Assembly (NCBI GenBank): GCA_029261035.1
Contig: JAJDCD010000005.1
Location: forward strand, 27,516-91,515
DNA length: 64,000 nucleotides
From: Candidatus Omnitrophota bacterium
Lineage (GTDB): Bacteria > Omnitrophota > Omnitrophia > Omnitrophales > JACROU01
Direction of reading: 5' to 3'
Below the pieces are notes generated by a model. It had not been told where the DNA came from and made no database searches. It worked only from the letters and a program-made list of their open reading frames with translations. Every line of letters starts with the position of its first letter. Position 1 is the stretch's first letter. The translations under genes were made by a program, and so were the position numbers. This document shows positions 29,933 to 40,500 of this stretch, piece after piece.

Positions 29933-29977
29933 TATGTGTCCTCTTTTGGGGTAGAATGGATATGCTTAAAGATAGTT

Positions 29978-30010
29978 TGTCATCCCCGAATGTATGAGTC
30001 GGGGATCCAG
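29978..30010 (-). repeat. REP-like palindromic element, copy 2 (tgtcatccccga-atgtatgag-tcggggatccag), in inverted orientation.
   Basis: It is the same family as the 993-1020 copy. Confidence 0.7.
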
Positions 30011-30152
30011 ATTTGATAAAGGGATAGTAAGGAGACTCTAAGGTCTTATGGGTTTCCGACTAAAGATTTCGGGAACGACAATTATCTTTTTATTCTTTAA
30101 ATAAATTCGTGAATATGGGCATAGATGGTTTAATAAAAGGGGCGATAAAGCA

Positions 30153-33100
30153 ATGAAACGGATTAGAATTGCTTTCATATATTTTACTTTGCTGACGTTT
30201 TGCAGTACTTCTATGCCTCAACATTCTTTTGCTGAAGCTGCAAAAGAAAATGTTTCTATCAAATCATTCCTGGATATCTCACCTGATTTAGCTCTTGTGG
30301 ATGAGGTTTATTATCCTAAAAACTCTAAAAACAAAGACAAATTCCTTATTTTCATTCAAGATCATCATGCGTCCGTACAGATGCAACGTCAAATAGCTCA
30401 GTTGATTCAGTGGTATGTTAAAGAAAAGCAAATTCCTTTGGTGGGTTATGAGGGAAATCGAGGTTTAATTCAGACGGATAAAGTTTTTTGGGTGCCCAGC
30501 CCAGAACTTAATTTAGAAGTGTCAGAGTACTTTCTCAAACAGCTTCAAATATCAGGCCCAGAATATGCGCATATCAATAAACAAAAAGAATTTGATTTAG
30601 TGGGTGTTGAAGATATGGGTTTGTATCGAAAAAATTTAAAATTGTTTCAAGATGCTTTCCGAATACGTTCTGAAGCAGAAGGTATTCTTAAGGTGCTAGA
30701 AAAAGAGATTGAAAGAAGTATTCGCTCTAGAGCTTCAGACTCCTTGATTAAGATTTTTGCAATGATGAAACAATATCGAGATAACCCAAGAGAAATGTAT
30801 GCGTACTTAGAGTTTCTCAGCAAGAGAGACCCTGAACAAGTCGCGATGTTAAAACAAATTCAATTGCTTCAAGAATTAGATCAATCCCAAAAAAAATGGG
30901 ATCCGTTAAAGCTTGTAAATGAGATGGGTGGATTTTTGCTTCAAAATAATATCAATGTAGATTCCGAACAATTGAAAATAGAAATTTCTCAACCTTCAGC
31001 AAATACAAAAAAAGCAATTCGTAATATGTCAGATGGAGAGAGGTCTGCTTTTCCTCTAATAAACTCTTGGTCGAATTATATCGAAAAAAGAGATCAGTTG
31101 GATGTTTCGGAGCTTTATAAAGAGCTGAGTATTTTAGAAAAAAACGTTGTTAAGCGTCTAGCACAAGCAGAAGGTTTGTACCCATTGTTTGAAGCTTGGT
31201 TTCATGTAGAGGCTTTGAAGAGTATTTTGTATTTGTCTGCAACGAGACAGCAAGTAGAGGAGTTCTGGACTCAACCGCTGTCTTATAAACAAAAATATTT
31301 TACTGACACATTAGCACCTTATTCAAAAGGGATTGAAACACAGTTAAAGAATAAAAATTTAGATTCCTTGATGCGATTTCCAAACCAATTTTATAGAACC
31401 GCTTTGGATCGAGATCTTGTTATGGCTCGTCAAATTATGAAGTACCTAGAAGATCAGAACCGAATGCTTTTTGTGTCTGGAGGTTTTCATAGACGAGGGG
31501 TGACTCAAGTGCTTCGAAGAAACAAAATTCCCTATGCGGTATTAACACCTCAAGTAGACACGGATCAAAAGATTCAAGACAAAATTTATATGCAACGTGT
31601 TTTAAATGCTCCATGGATTGAGACGGGTCAGTTTGGCCGAGTTCAAAGTTTTAGACAGCCGACTTTGTTTAATCAGCTGCCTTCCAAAGCGCGTGTTCTG
31701 GTGGACCAAGTGGCCATGCGTATAGCTCGTCAAGTAAAGCGGTTGGAAGTGACTGTTCCTCAAATTCAAGCGATGCTTCAGGACGACATGGATCGTTTTT
31801 TAAATAGAGGTTTTCAACCTGTGTCTGCGCAAAGCCTAGGGGATACGACCGTCTTGGACACGAGTTTGCTTTTTCCGCAAGACCTTATTGAAGATCAATA
31901 TGATGATAGTCCTGTATTACTTCTTTTTAAGGCTAGAATGGGAAACACTCCTGAACAGACTCCTGAATATGAATTTGCAACGGATGTGGATACTCAAATA
32001 ACAAGATCTATGGAACCTGGCGTTAGGCAGGTTCTAAACCAAATCCAGCAAATCAAAAATAAATTGGATACGATAAATAAAGAGATTTTTTATGGTGTGC
32101 AAATACATGTAATGAGAAATTCATCAAAATCAATTTCGTTGAGGGAGGAGCAGAAGCAGCTTATCTTAGAAGTTGATTATCGACTTTTTGTAAATAAAAA
32201 TATTTTATTTCCAGCAATCATAGAAATAATCATGGGTAATCATCTGAGGGAAGTTCCCAACTTACAATGGGTTAAACTGTATGCAGTATTTGAAGCTTTA
32301 AAATGGTTGGCAAATTCTCAGCCGGATTCAGATGTGCAAGCTTGGCTGCTTAGAAGTTTAGCCCATGATGATGTTCAATATTATCGGTTTGCTCAATTCA
32401 TGACAGATAACTGGCGAACTTTTGACCCAAATCAAGAGCGAGAAATTCATTTTTCGGATTTGGATCAGCAGCCGCTGCTTGTTGGGATTGCTAACGAAAT
32501 TTGGCCCAAGAGTAAGGAGCAAGAAGCTGAGATTCAACAGCTGAATCCAGAAGCCGCAAGTTTTGACTTGGAACAGTTTAAAATTTTATTTGGAGATCTT
32601 GATCAAGTAACAGAAGCTCTAGAACATATTCACAGCTATCGGGAAATTAAACAGGTTGAAGTAACTATCGATAACCATGTAGCAAATATGGACGATTTAA
32701 CAAAAGTTCAATTGTATGAGATTATAGACCGTATATTGGCTACTGAAGCTCGAGATCGGGAACATCGCCTTCATTTCGTTCGTTACTTGATGAATTTTTT
32801 AATTGTTAATCAGAGGTATGATTTAGCGACACATATTATGTTTTTAATTAAAGATACTCAGGATCCCATGGATACAGTTATTCGTGTGTATGAAGGGATG
32901 GATTTAGGTGCATTAATGGGCGTTCAGTTAGAAGTACATGATGTAGCAAGTTTTCTGTCTTATCTTCATGAAGAAGGTGTGGTCTTTGGAGCGGAACGTT
33001 ATACCGTGGAAGATATTGCTTTTTCTGCTGCCGATGCATTTCCAGAACTTGAGGGTGTTAGTAACGATCAAATTAATGAAGTTTACGAAACGTTTGAAGC

Positions 33101-34331
33101 TATTGTGTATGGGGCAAGTTTAGGTCGAAATGTTTTGGAATGGGCTATTGATTATAACCCTGATTTGATACAACAGAATTATGATTTAGACGATGAAATT
33201 GATCGAAGAGTCAGAGATTTTCAAATGGTCCTTTTGGGGCTGAGGAATGAAGGTGGGGCGCTTAAGGAATTTGAAAAAAGAGTAGATCTTGCTGCGAGGA
33301 CATTAAAGGGACTTATTAATAACGCTTTGGATGCTATCGAAATGCTGGGAGAGTCTGGTTCTGTTAGTATATCATCACGCCTTGGAGGTGGTAATTTGCG
33401 CGTGAAGGTTAAAGATACAGGAGAGGGTGTGCCTCAGGGTGAAAGAGAAAGATTGTTTGTAGAGGATATCGAATCCAGAAAGTTAGGTTATGCTGATGGA
33501 AGTATGAGAGGAGGGATGGGGGTGTTTTTAAAAGCTTCTAGAATGAATTTATTGCGTTTGGGGGGGGATATTAATATTTTTCCTCAGAGTGAAGAAAGAG
33601 GATCTCTTTTTTCATTTTCTTTGCCTCTGTTAGAGCGTTCTAAAGAACAGCGCAGTGAGGCAAAAAGTTTGGGGCTTCAAAATCAGAAAGTCAAAGAAAG
33701 GTATCAAGAAGTTGTTGTGGACATCAATCATGTCAGCGTATTGCCTTTTTTCTTAGAACGTTTAATTTTATTGTTGGAGCATTCAAAGTACAAGAGGGTT
33801 ACTTTTTTGATTCGTAGTAAGCAAGATGAGGGTGCTGTGAAGCAAGAGTTGAAACATTTAGGGATTTCAAGCCGTGCATTGAACAGAGTTCGTTTTAAAG
33901 TAAACCCCTTATTAACACCTCAGGATTTAGAAGAACTTAACCATTATTTAGAAGAGGTACAAAGTGATTTATCTTCAAAAAATAAGAAGTTTAGAAAAAA
34001 AGAAAAAGTATTAGATGTAGCAATGATTGCGAATTATCAAATACTTTTTAATTTAGATACGAAGCAATTTGTTACGCTTGCGAATGATCGAGTTGCGCGA
34101 GGTCAACAAGTTCAGTGGTTTCAGGCAACGAGCAGAGAAGAGGAGATGGGTGCTGTTTGGACTTTGTTTTCTTCAGCTTGGGAATTGCTTTCAGATAAAC
34201 AAACGAACAAAACGACCCGAAAGGATTGGAGAACGGGTATTTATTTAGTCAATTTTAGCTATTTAACAGAATCGATGGAGCGGTGGTTAAATCAGTACCG
34301 ACAAGAGCAAATTATACGCATTGCCGCATAA
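30153..34331 (+). CDS. Giant secreted protein (1392 aa) with a divergent N-terminal family domain and a C-terminal GHKL/histidine-kinase-like ATPase domain.
   Basis: A signal peptide is present. The N-domain motifs are FIQDHHA, GYEGN, FYRTALDRDLVM, VSGGFHRRGV and LTPQ (30270-31610). The HATPase_c boxes are at ~33300-33640 (N box LINNALDAIE, G1 VKDTGEGV, G2 GGMGVFL, GGDINIF). SxxSLG occurs 3 times. The protein ends RIAA. Confidence 0.8.
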   Translation: MKRIRIAFIYFTLLTFCSTSMPQHSFAEAAKENVSIKSFLDISPDLALVDEVYYPKNSKNKDKFLIFIQDHHASVQMQRQIAQLIQWYVKEKQIPLVGYEGNRGLIQTDKVFWVPSPELNLEVSEYFLKQLQISGPEYAHINKQKEFDLVGVEDMGLYRKNLKLFQDAFRIRSEAEGILKVLEKEIERSIRSRASDSLIKIFAMMKQYRDNPREMYAYLEFLSKRDPEQVAMLKQIQLLQELDQSQKKWDPLKLVNEMGGFLLQNNINVDSEQLKIEISQPSANTKKAIRNMSDGERSAFPLINSWSNYIEKRDQLDVSELYKELSILEKNVVKRLAQAEGLYPLFEAWFHVEALKSILYLSATRQQVEEFWTQPLSYKQKYFTDTLAPYSKGIETQLKNKNLDSLMRFPNQFYRTALDRDLVMARQIMKYLEDQNRMLFVSGGFHRRGVTQVLRRNKIPYAVLTPQVDTDQKIQDKIYMQRVLNAPWIETGQFGRVQSFRQPTLFNQLPSKARVLVDQVAMRIARQVKRLEVTVPQIQAMLQDDMDRFLNRGFQPVSAQSLGDTTVLDTSLLFPQDLIEDQYDDSPVLLLFKARMGNTPEQTPEYEFATDVDTQITRSMEPGVRQVLNQIQQIKNKLDTINKEIFYGVQIHVMRNSSKSISLREEQKQLILEVDYRLFVNKNILFPAIIEIIMGNHLREVPNLQWVKLYAVFEALKWLANSQPDSDVQAWLLRSLAHDDVQYYRFAQFMTDNWRTFDPNQEREIHFSDLDQQPLLVGIANEIWPKSKEQEAEIQQLNPEAASFDLEQFKILFGDLDQVTEALEHIHSYREIKQVEVTIDNHVANMDDLTKVQLYEIIDRILATEARDREHRLHFVRYLMNFLIVNQRYDLATHIMFLIKDTQDPMDTVIRVYEGMDLGALMGVQLEVHDVASFLSYLHEEGVVFGAERYTVEDIAFSAADAFPELEGVSNDQINEVYETFEAIVYGASLGRNVLEWAIDYNPDLIQQNYDLDDEIDRRVRDFQMVLLGLRNEGGALKEFEKRVDLAARTLKGLINNALDAIEMLGESGSVSISSRLGGGNLRVKVKDTGEGVPQGERERLFVEDIESRKLGYADGSMRGGMGVFLKASRMNLLRLGGDINIFPQSEERGSLFSFSLPLLERSKEQRSEAKSLGLQNQKVKERYQEVVVDINHVSVLPFFLERLILLLEHSKYKRVTFLIRSKQDEGAVKQELKHLGISSRALNRVRFKVNPLLTPQDLEELNHYLEEVQSDLSSKNKKFRKKEKVLDVAMIANYQILFNLDTKQFVTLANDRVARGQQVQWFQATSREEEMGAVWTLFSSAWELLSDKQTNKTTRKDWRTGIYLVNFSYLTESMERWLNQYRQEQIIRIAA

Positions 34332-34397
34332 TAACTTAACTTACTATAAATAAATGACTTATATCTATTTTTCAACAATTCAGAAGGTTATTTGGGT

Positions 34398-34426
34398 TTG
34401 ACATATATTTAGATTAGTGGCATTAT
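34398..34426 (+). promoter_or_regulatory. Sigma70-like promoter candidate (TTGACA-N17-CATTAT).
   Basis: This is a sequence match only, ~100 nt upstream of the 2607-aa gene start. Confidence 0.3.
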
Positions 34427-34527
34427 TTAATATATTTATAAAGTACTAATAAACACGGTATGGATTAGGTATTATGGGGTTTGGGTGTGCGGGCCAGACA
34501 CCTTAAGAGTAAAACGGGGAAGTAACT

Positions 34528-37500
34528 ATGGGGATCAATATAAAAGGCTTATACCAAAAGCTAATAGCAGTTTTGGTTGTAGTCTCCTTTCTTTTTTCTG
34601 ACATTTCATTATGGGCACAGTCTGCGTCTGCTCAGATCCAAAGTTTACCAAAATCAACAAATGCTATGAGTAAAGGGGTTCGTATCCCGGATACTTTAGG
34701 AAGTATTCAAGATGTTCATTGGTCTGAGGGAAGTGAACGTTTTGTTGTTTTGATTCAAGATGCTCATGCCATTCAAGATGCTCAATCGAATATTCAACAG
34801 CTCATTCATTATTTTCAAGAGAACTATGGAATTGATATGGTTGCGTTTGAGGGGGCGCAAGGTACATTAGATAATCGTTTAATTAAAACATTCCCAGACT
34901 CTGAAATTGTCAGTAAGGTTATGAATCAATATTTGAAAAATGCCGAAATTACCGGAGTTGAAATGGCATCTTTGTCTGATGGAGGTTTTGTCCAATATGT
35001 GGGTATCGAAGACTGGGAATTGTATGAACAAAATTTCTTTTCTTATGTTCATGCATTAAAAAATCAAAAACGCATTCAAAATGAGCTTAATGTTTGGAAG
35101 CAGGCTTTAGACTCCAAAAGAAAAACGCTGTATTCTGAAGATATGAATCGTTTTCATAATATGATTTATGGATTTTATGAGCAAAAGATTGATTTACTTG
35201 ATCTTTTGAAATATTTAAAAGAGATTCCTTCAGTTCAAAATACTTTGACCACTTATACCTACCTTAATAGTTTGATTAAACTAATGGACGAAAATGAAAT
35301 TGTTAACAATGAAGAAATTCGTTCAGAAATTTTAAGTGTTTCTAACCATTTTTATAAAAGTCATTTCTCTAAGCTAGAAAAAAAAGATCAAAAAGAATTA
35401 AATCAAAAACTCCAGGCCCTGAATACAAGTTCACTTGCTCCTGGTGTTTTTTTGAAATGGCTTTCAGACCTTAAAGACCACTATAGGATACCTGTTGAGT
35501 TTTCTTCTACATTAATCAAAACAATTAAGGTTATGGAACGTTTTGATGTGATGAGAGGGAGCGAAGTTTTTGATGAGCTTAATCAGGTTATTTTAGCAAT
35601 TGAAAAGGAATTAGCTCTTAGTAGTGATGAACAGGAAATGGCTGCTTTGTATCGAAAAACTCGTTTCTTAGATAGTTGGGTTCGTTTGGAAATAACCAAA
35701 GACGAGTGGATGAAATTTGCAGATCAAAGGGAGGGGTATCAACAGTTACTAGAGGCGCTAGGGTTAGAAGAAGCTTTTGAAACCATGTTAGATTTTTACC
35801 AATTGGCGTTACTTAGAGATGATATTCTTTTTCAAAATTTAGTTAAACAAATGAGGAAAGCGGATAAAAATAAATCGATGCTACTTCTAGGGGGTTTTCA
35901 TGCCCAAGGAATAAAACAACAACTCAAAGATTCGGGTTATTCTTATGTGAGTATCATGCCTCGAATTAATGACCTTGAAGGTAAGGATGTTTATCATAAA
36001 GTGATGCGTGGACATTTATCGTATCAAGAACATATTTCAACAACAATTCAAGACGCATTCTTAAAAGATGTGGCTATTCAACTTACAAATCATTTAAATC
36101 CTTCAGAATATCTTTCTAAGTTAAAGCAATGGAGAGATGAGGTGATTCGTTCTCTAGCGAACGAAGGAAAAGTTTCTAAGGCGAAACAGTACACACGTTA
36201 TATTGATCCTTTGTTTAAAAATTATTATGATTTATCACAGCAAGATCAGAAATCGAACTTAAATAAGGAACAAATACTTTCAGAAGTTCAAAAAGTGTTT
36301 CAGAAGACGCAAGAAGAAACAGCCCATACTTTATGGAGCCGTTTCGAGAGCCAATTAAAGTCCTTTGAATTGGGTTTGAACCAGCTTGAAAGAAAAGATA
36401 GAAATGATCCTATGCAAATACAAAATTTAATGGAAACGATTAATGCCTTAGAGCCGGCCGCTTTGGTTCAGTTAGCTCACCCGTTAAACCCAGATCCTTC
36501 TGGAAGTAGTAATGGGTTAAAAAGTTACTTTAAAGGCGATCGTTTAGATTTGAGTATTTCGGCAAAATCTTTAGGTGCTGAAGAAGTAGAGTTTGGAGAA
36601 ATTTTGGAAGGTTTTATGCAGTTGGATGAGCTTATGGGAACGGCGACTGTTGATCAATTGACGAACCCAAGATTTAGAAGAGAAGTGGAGCAGTTATTAG
36701 AAAGTGAATCTGGGTATTTTGGAAAAATTATGGATATGATGACAGATAATAATACGGCATTTCCCGTTTTAATGGAACGAGCTCAAGATATGTTGTTTGA
36801 CCCCACACGAGAAGAAGGTATTCGTATGGGTATGGTTTCAGTTCCTCTTGCTGTTGCCAATAATATTGGTAAAGAATATGGAATCCCAGGCTTTCCAGAT
36901 ATTTTAAAAGGGAAAATTAACTCCGCAATTCAAACAGTAATGTCGTCCTTTAGTGCTATGGTGCAAAGTCCTAATCGGCCTAGAAGCGCTTATTTGGGAG
37001 GGCGTATTATTTTATTGGATGTTCCTGAACGTCATGAGTTTGCTGTTTCTCTTCGACTGGTTATTGACCAAGTTATCCTAGAGCTTAAAGAAGAGTATGG
37101 AGAGGACTTAAGACAGGTTGGAAACTCGGAGGCTCAAATTCAGCAGTTTAAAACATCTTTGGATGATTTGCCTTTTTACGGCTCTCATGCACGCGTGTAT
37201 ATGCCTAACATTATGCCTAACCAAGCAAGTCGAGATCCTCAATTTTCGGTAAAAAATGTCATGAGGACTATCAGAAGAGAAGAAGGGCGACTTCTACCAG
37301 AGCTTTTGGATGAAGGTTCAGATTTGGTTGATCAAATGGCGGAGTATATTGCGAAAGATCGGTTTTTGAGTTTTCGTCGAAATAAATTAGCTCGTGCCGC
37401 TACTTTTTGGACAGAAGAAGAAGACTTTGCACGAATTGAAGGTTATGAAGAGATTGACGAAGAGGGTCCTGAGCCTGGTGCTCGTCGATTTGCGAGTGAC

Positions 37501-40500
37501 TTTTTGGAACTATTGTTGGTGGACGCAATCAATAAATTAAATGAACGATTAGAGACCTTGGAGAATGTAAATATTCCAGGGTTGAGAAAAATTATTGATC
37601 AATGGGTTTATGCACAGCCGAATCAAACTAAACCCCTTTCTCCAGAGCAGTTGCAAGCGGTTAAAAAGAAACAAGTGGGAGTGTTGGGGGATAATCAGAT
37701 ACAAAGTATTAAACGTTCTATAACAGCTAAGCATAAAAGACAAGATTGGTTGGCGGAGCTTTTTAATCATTTTCAACAAGGAAGAAGTAAAACGATACCC
37801 CCTTATAATTTTCATTCTGAAAAACTGCCCCGAGTGGTGGACTTTCTCGAACATATTTACAGTAGTGATTTATCAAATTCTTCATATGCATTAAAGTTAA
37901 AGAATGCACTATCTGCTTTTAGTAAAAAACCAAATGAAAAAAATTTAAAATTTGTACAGCGTGCTTATCGCCGTTATCGATTGATGATGGAGGAGGGACT
38001 TGTTCTTGCTTATAGGGACCATCGATTGCAAGAGGCTTACAAGCTATTTTCTGTCAGTGAAGTTGTGAAAGCTGACAAAAAGGGATTGCTAAAAAAATGG
38101 AAAAAACATGTTTTAAGTCGACATCAGGGAGACAATGGATGGAGTGATTCTCAAAGAGAGTTGCTCGATAATGAAAGTTTGAGATTTGATCGACTAATGA
38201 ATTTGGTGACGCCTGGCTTTTTTATGTTTAAGCGTCCCGTGGGTGATGAGATTGGTTTTCTAGTTTTTGATGATGCGTCCGGATTATATAAAATGGGTTT
38301 TGCAGAGTTTAATAAAGGGAATGCTTTTTTTCAGGAAAACACGCCTGATCCCACGGATTCTGTTTACCATTCCATATTGTTGGATTTGTTGAATTCTGCT
38401 TTGGGGTATTCGAGTTCTGGAGAAGCTCAAGAGTCTCCATGGAAAGGACTGGGATTTTTTGAAAATTTAAATGATACGATGTTAACTTCCATTCAACGTT
38501 TAGCCGATGAAAAAAAGAGAGAAACTCTTGCTCGTCCTTATCCGACATCGGAGAAGGTTTATGATGAGCGTGAAAGAACGATTTTACGTATGCCTACCTA
38601 TATTCGAATAGATGAGGATTCTTCACCTCGTTATCCGCATTATGCGAAAAGTCCTAGTGGGGATGTGTACTACCGAGGGCGCCTAGGAGATGAGTGGAAG
38701 AAACAAAGTCATGTTCAAATACGCCCTAACGATAGGCTGTGGAGGCGATTTACAACGCAGTTGTCAGCAGCTAGAACTATTCGTGAAAAGTTGGTTGATC
38801 CAGATTTGGATGACATACAGCTTTTGTTTGATGATTTGGATGATTTTAATGGAATGCAAAAAAAAGACATTGAGCGTATAGGAAAAGTGGTAACGGATAC
38901 TGAGATAAGAACAGCATTTCCGGAAAAGGATAAAAAAAGAACTCGTGTGATTCAAAAAAGAAGAAAGACAGATGTTGATGTAGAAGGTCAATCTCTTGGG
39001 GTTTTGGATGTGGAAGAGTTGGAATATGAATTGAATGAAAAAGTGAGGGATGCTAAATCTATCTTGAACGACTATGCTCGAATTCATTTTGATATTAAGG
39101 ATGCTGTTTCTGAAGAAGATTATCAGAAAAAATGGATTGTTTTATTTAAGCAATGGTATTACCAACAATTAGATAAAGATCCTACTCGGAAACGCACTCC
39201 TAAAATAGCGTATGTTATTGACGAGCGTCATTTTAATACCTCTATTGCATTAATTCCTGGATTTCCTATTGAAGACTCTGAAGTGGAAGAATTGCAGAGC
39301 TTTGTTTCTGGATTAGCAAATGGAAGCATTGAGGAGGTGATTGGTTTTGAATTTGTTTTTGGGCAAAGGACAGATGCTTTTAGTGCTTTTCGTGATCGCC
39401 TTCAAAATTTGAAAGAATATTTAAGGGAAAAGACGGTTGTTAACTCAGAGCCTCTTTATTGGTTTGGAACAAGCTATTTATTAGAAATGTTAAGAGGGGG
39501 GTCTCTTAAGCTAAATCCTGAACTTTTAGATGTAGAGTTTCAAGACGATTCTGGTAGCCTTGCTAAATCAGAAACCTCAATTCCTGTAATGACAGCCACA
39601 GTAACTCCTGATGGAACGCCTGTGCTATTTAAAACTTATGAGACAGATCGTTTTATTACTGATATTGGACGAGATGGGCAAGAGAGAAAAATTGTTGATG
39701 TGGGTGTTCCAGGTTTTGTGGCTGCGATTCAGCCAGATGGAAAGGTAGATGCTATTCCTACATTGAAGTTACCTCATACAATGAAAGAAGAAGGGCTTTA
39801 TGTTTCGAAAACTCGAGAGGATGCCGCAGGAGATCGTTTGAGCAGAAGAGAAGGTATGGGCTATTTAAAATTGAAACAGCCTGCTGTTTATCAAAACACC
39901 TTAGATACATGGGCAGGCCGCATAGGAAGTGGGGAAGATTATTTTTATAATAACCCTGTTACCGAGCTTAGTGACTTATCTATTTTAACTCGAGCAAATA
40001 ATGGGCCTTTGGGCGTTGTGATAGGGGTTCAGAAAAGATTTTTTGAACGTTTTAATGTGCATAGAGAAGATGATGGAAGGCTTATTCAGTTAGATGAAAA
40101 AAATAGTTTGTCTCCTGTTACGACGATAGCAAATGCGTTCATCGGTGACATTAGTTTTTTCTCAAGAAGAGATTATGATTTTTTTATGCAAATAGCTTCT
40201 TTGTTTGATATCGAAATGCCTAAAGGGGTAACCATTCGTGTTCAAGATGGCGATGTTGTTACAGAACTTTCTTCGAGTAATGGAGCATCTTTGGGGGCGA
40301 TAACATCATATCCCTTTGATGTTACGAAATGGCATGATGAGTTGTATAAAGACTTGCGTAGTGAGCTTTACTTTCTAAGTGTTTATGATTTGCCTCAGTT
40401 TAATATACAGAGAGCTTCTTCTTTGGAAGAGTATAAAAAACAGTGGTTTCAACAATTTAAAACCTGGTATTACGAAAAGTTAAGAGATAAAGATTTAATT

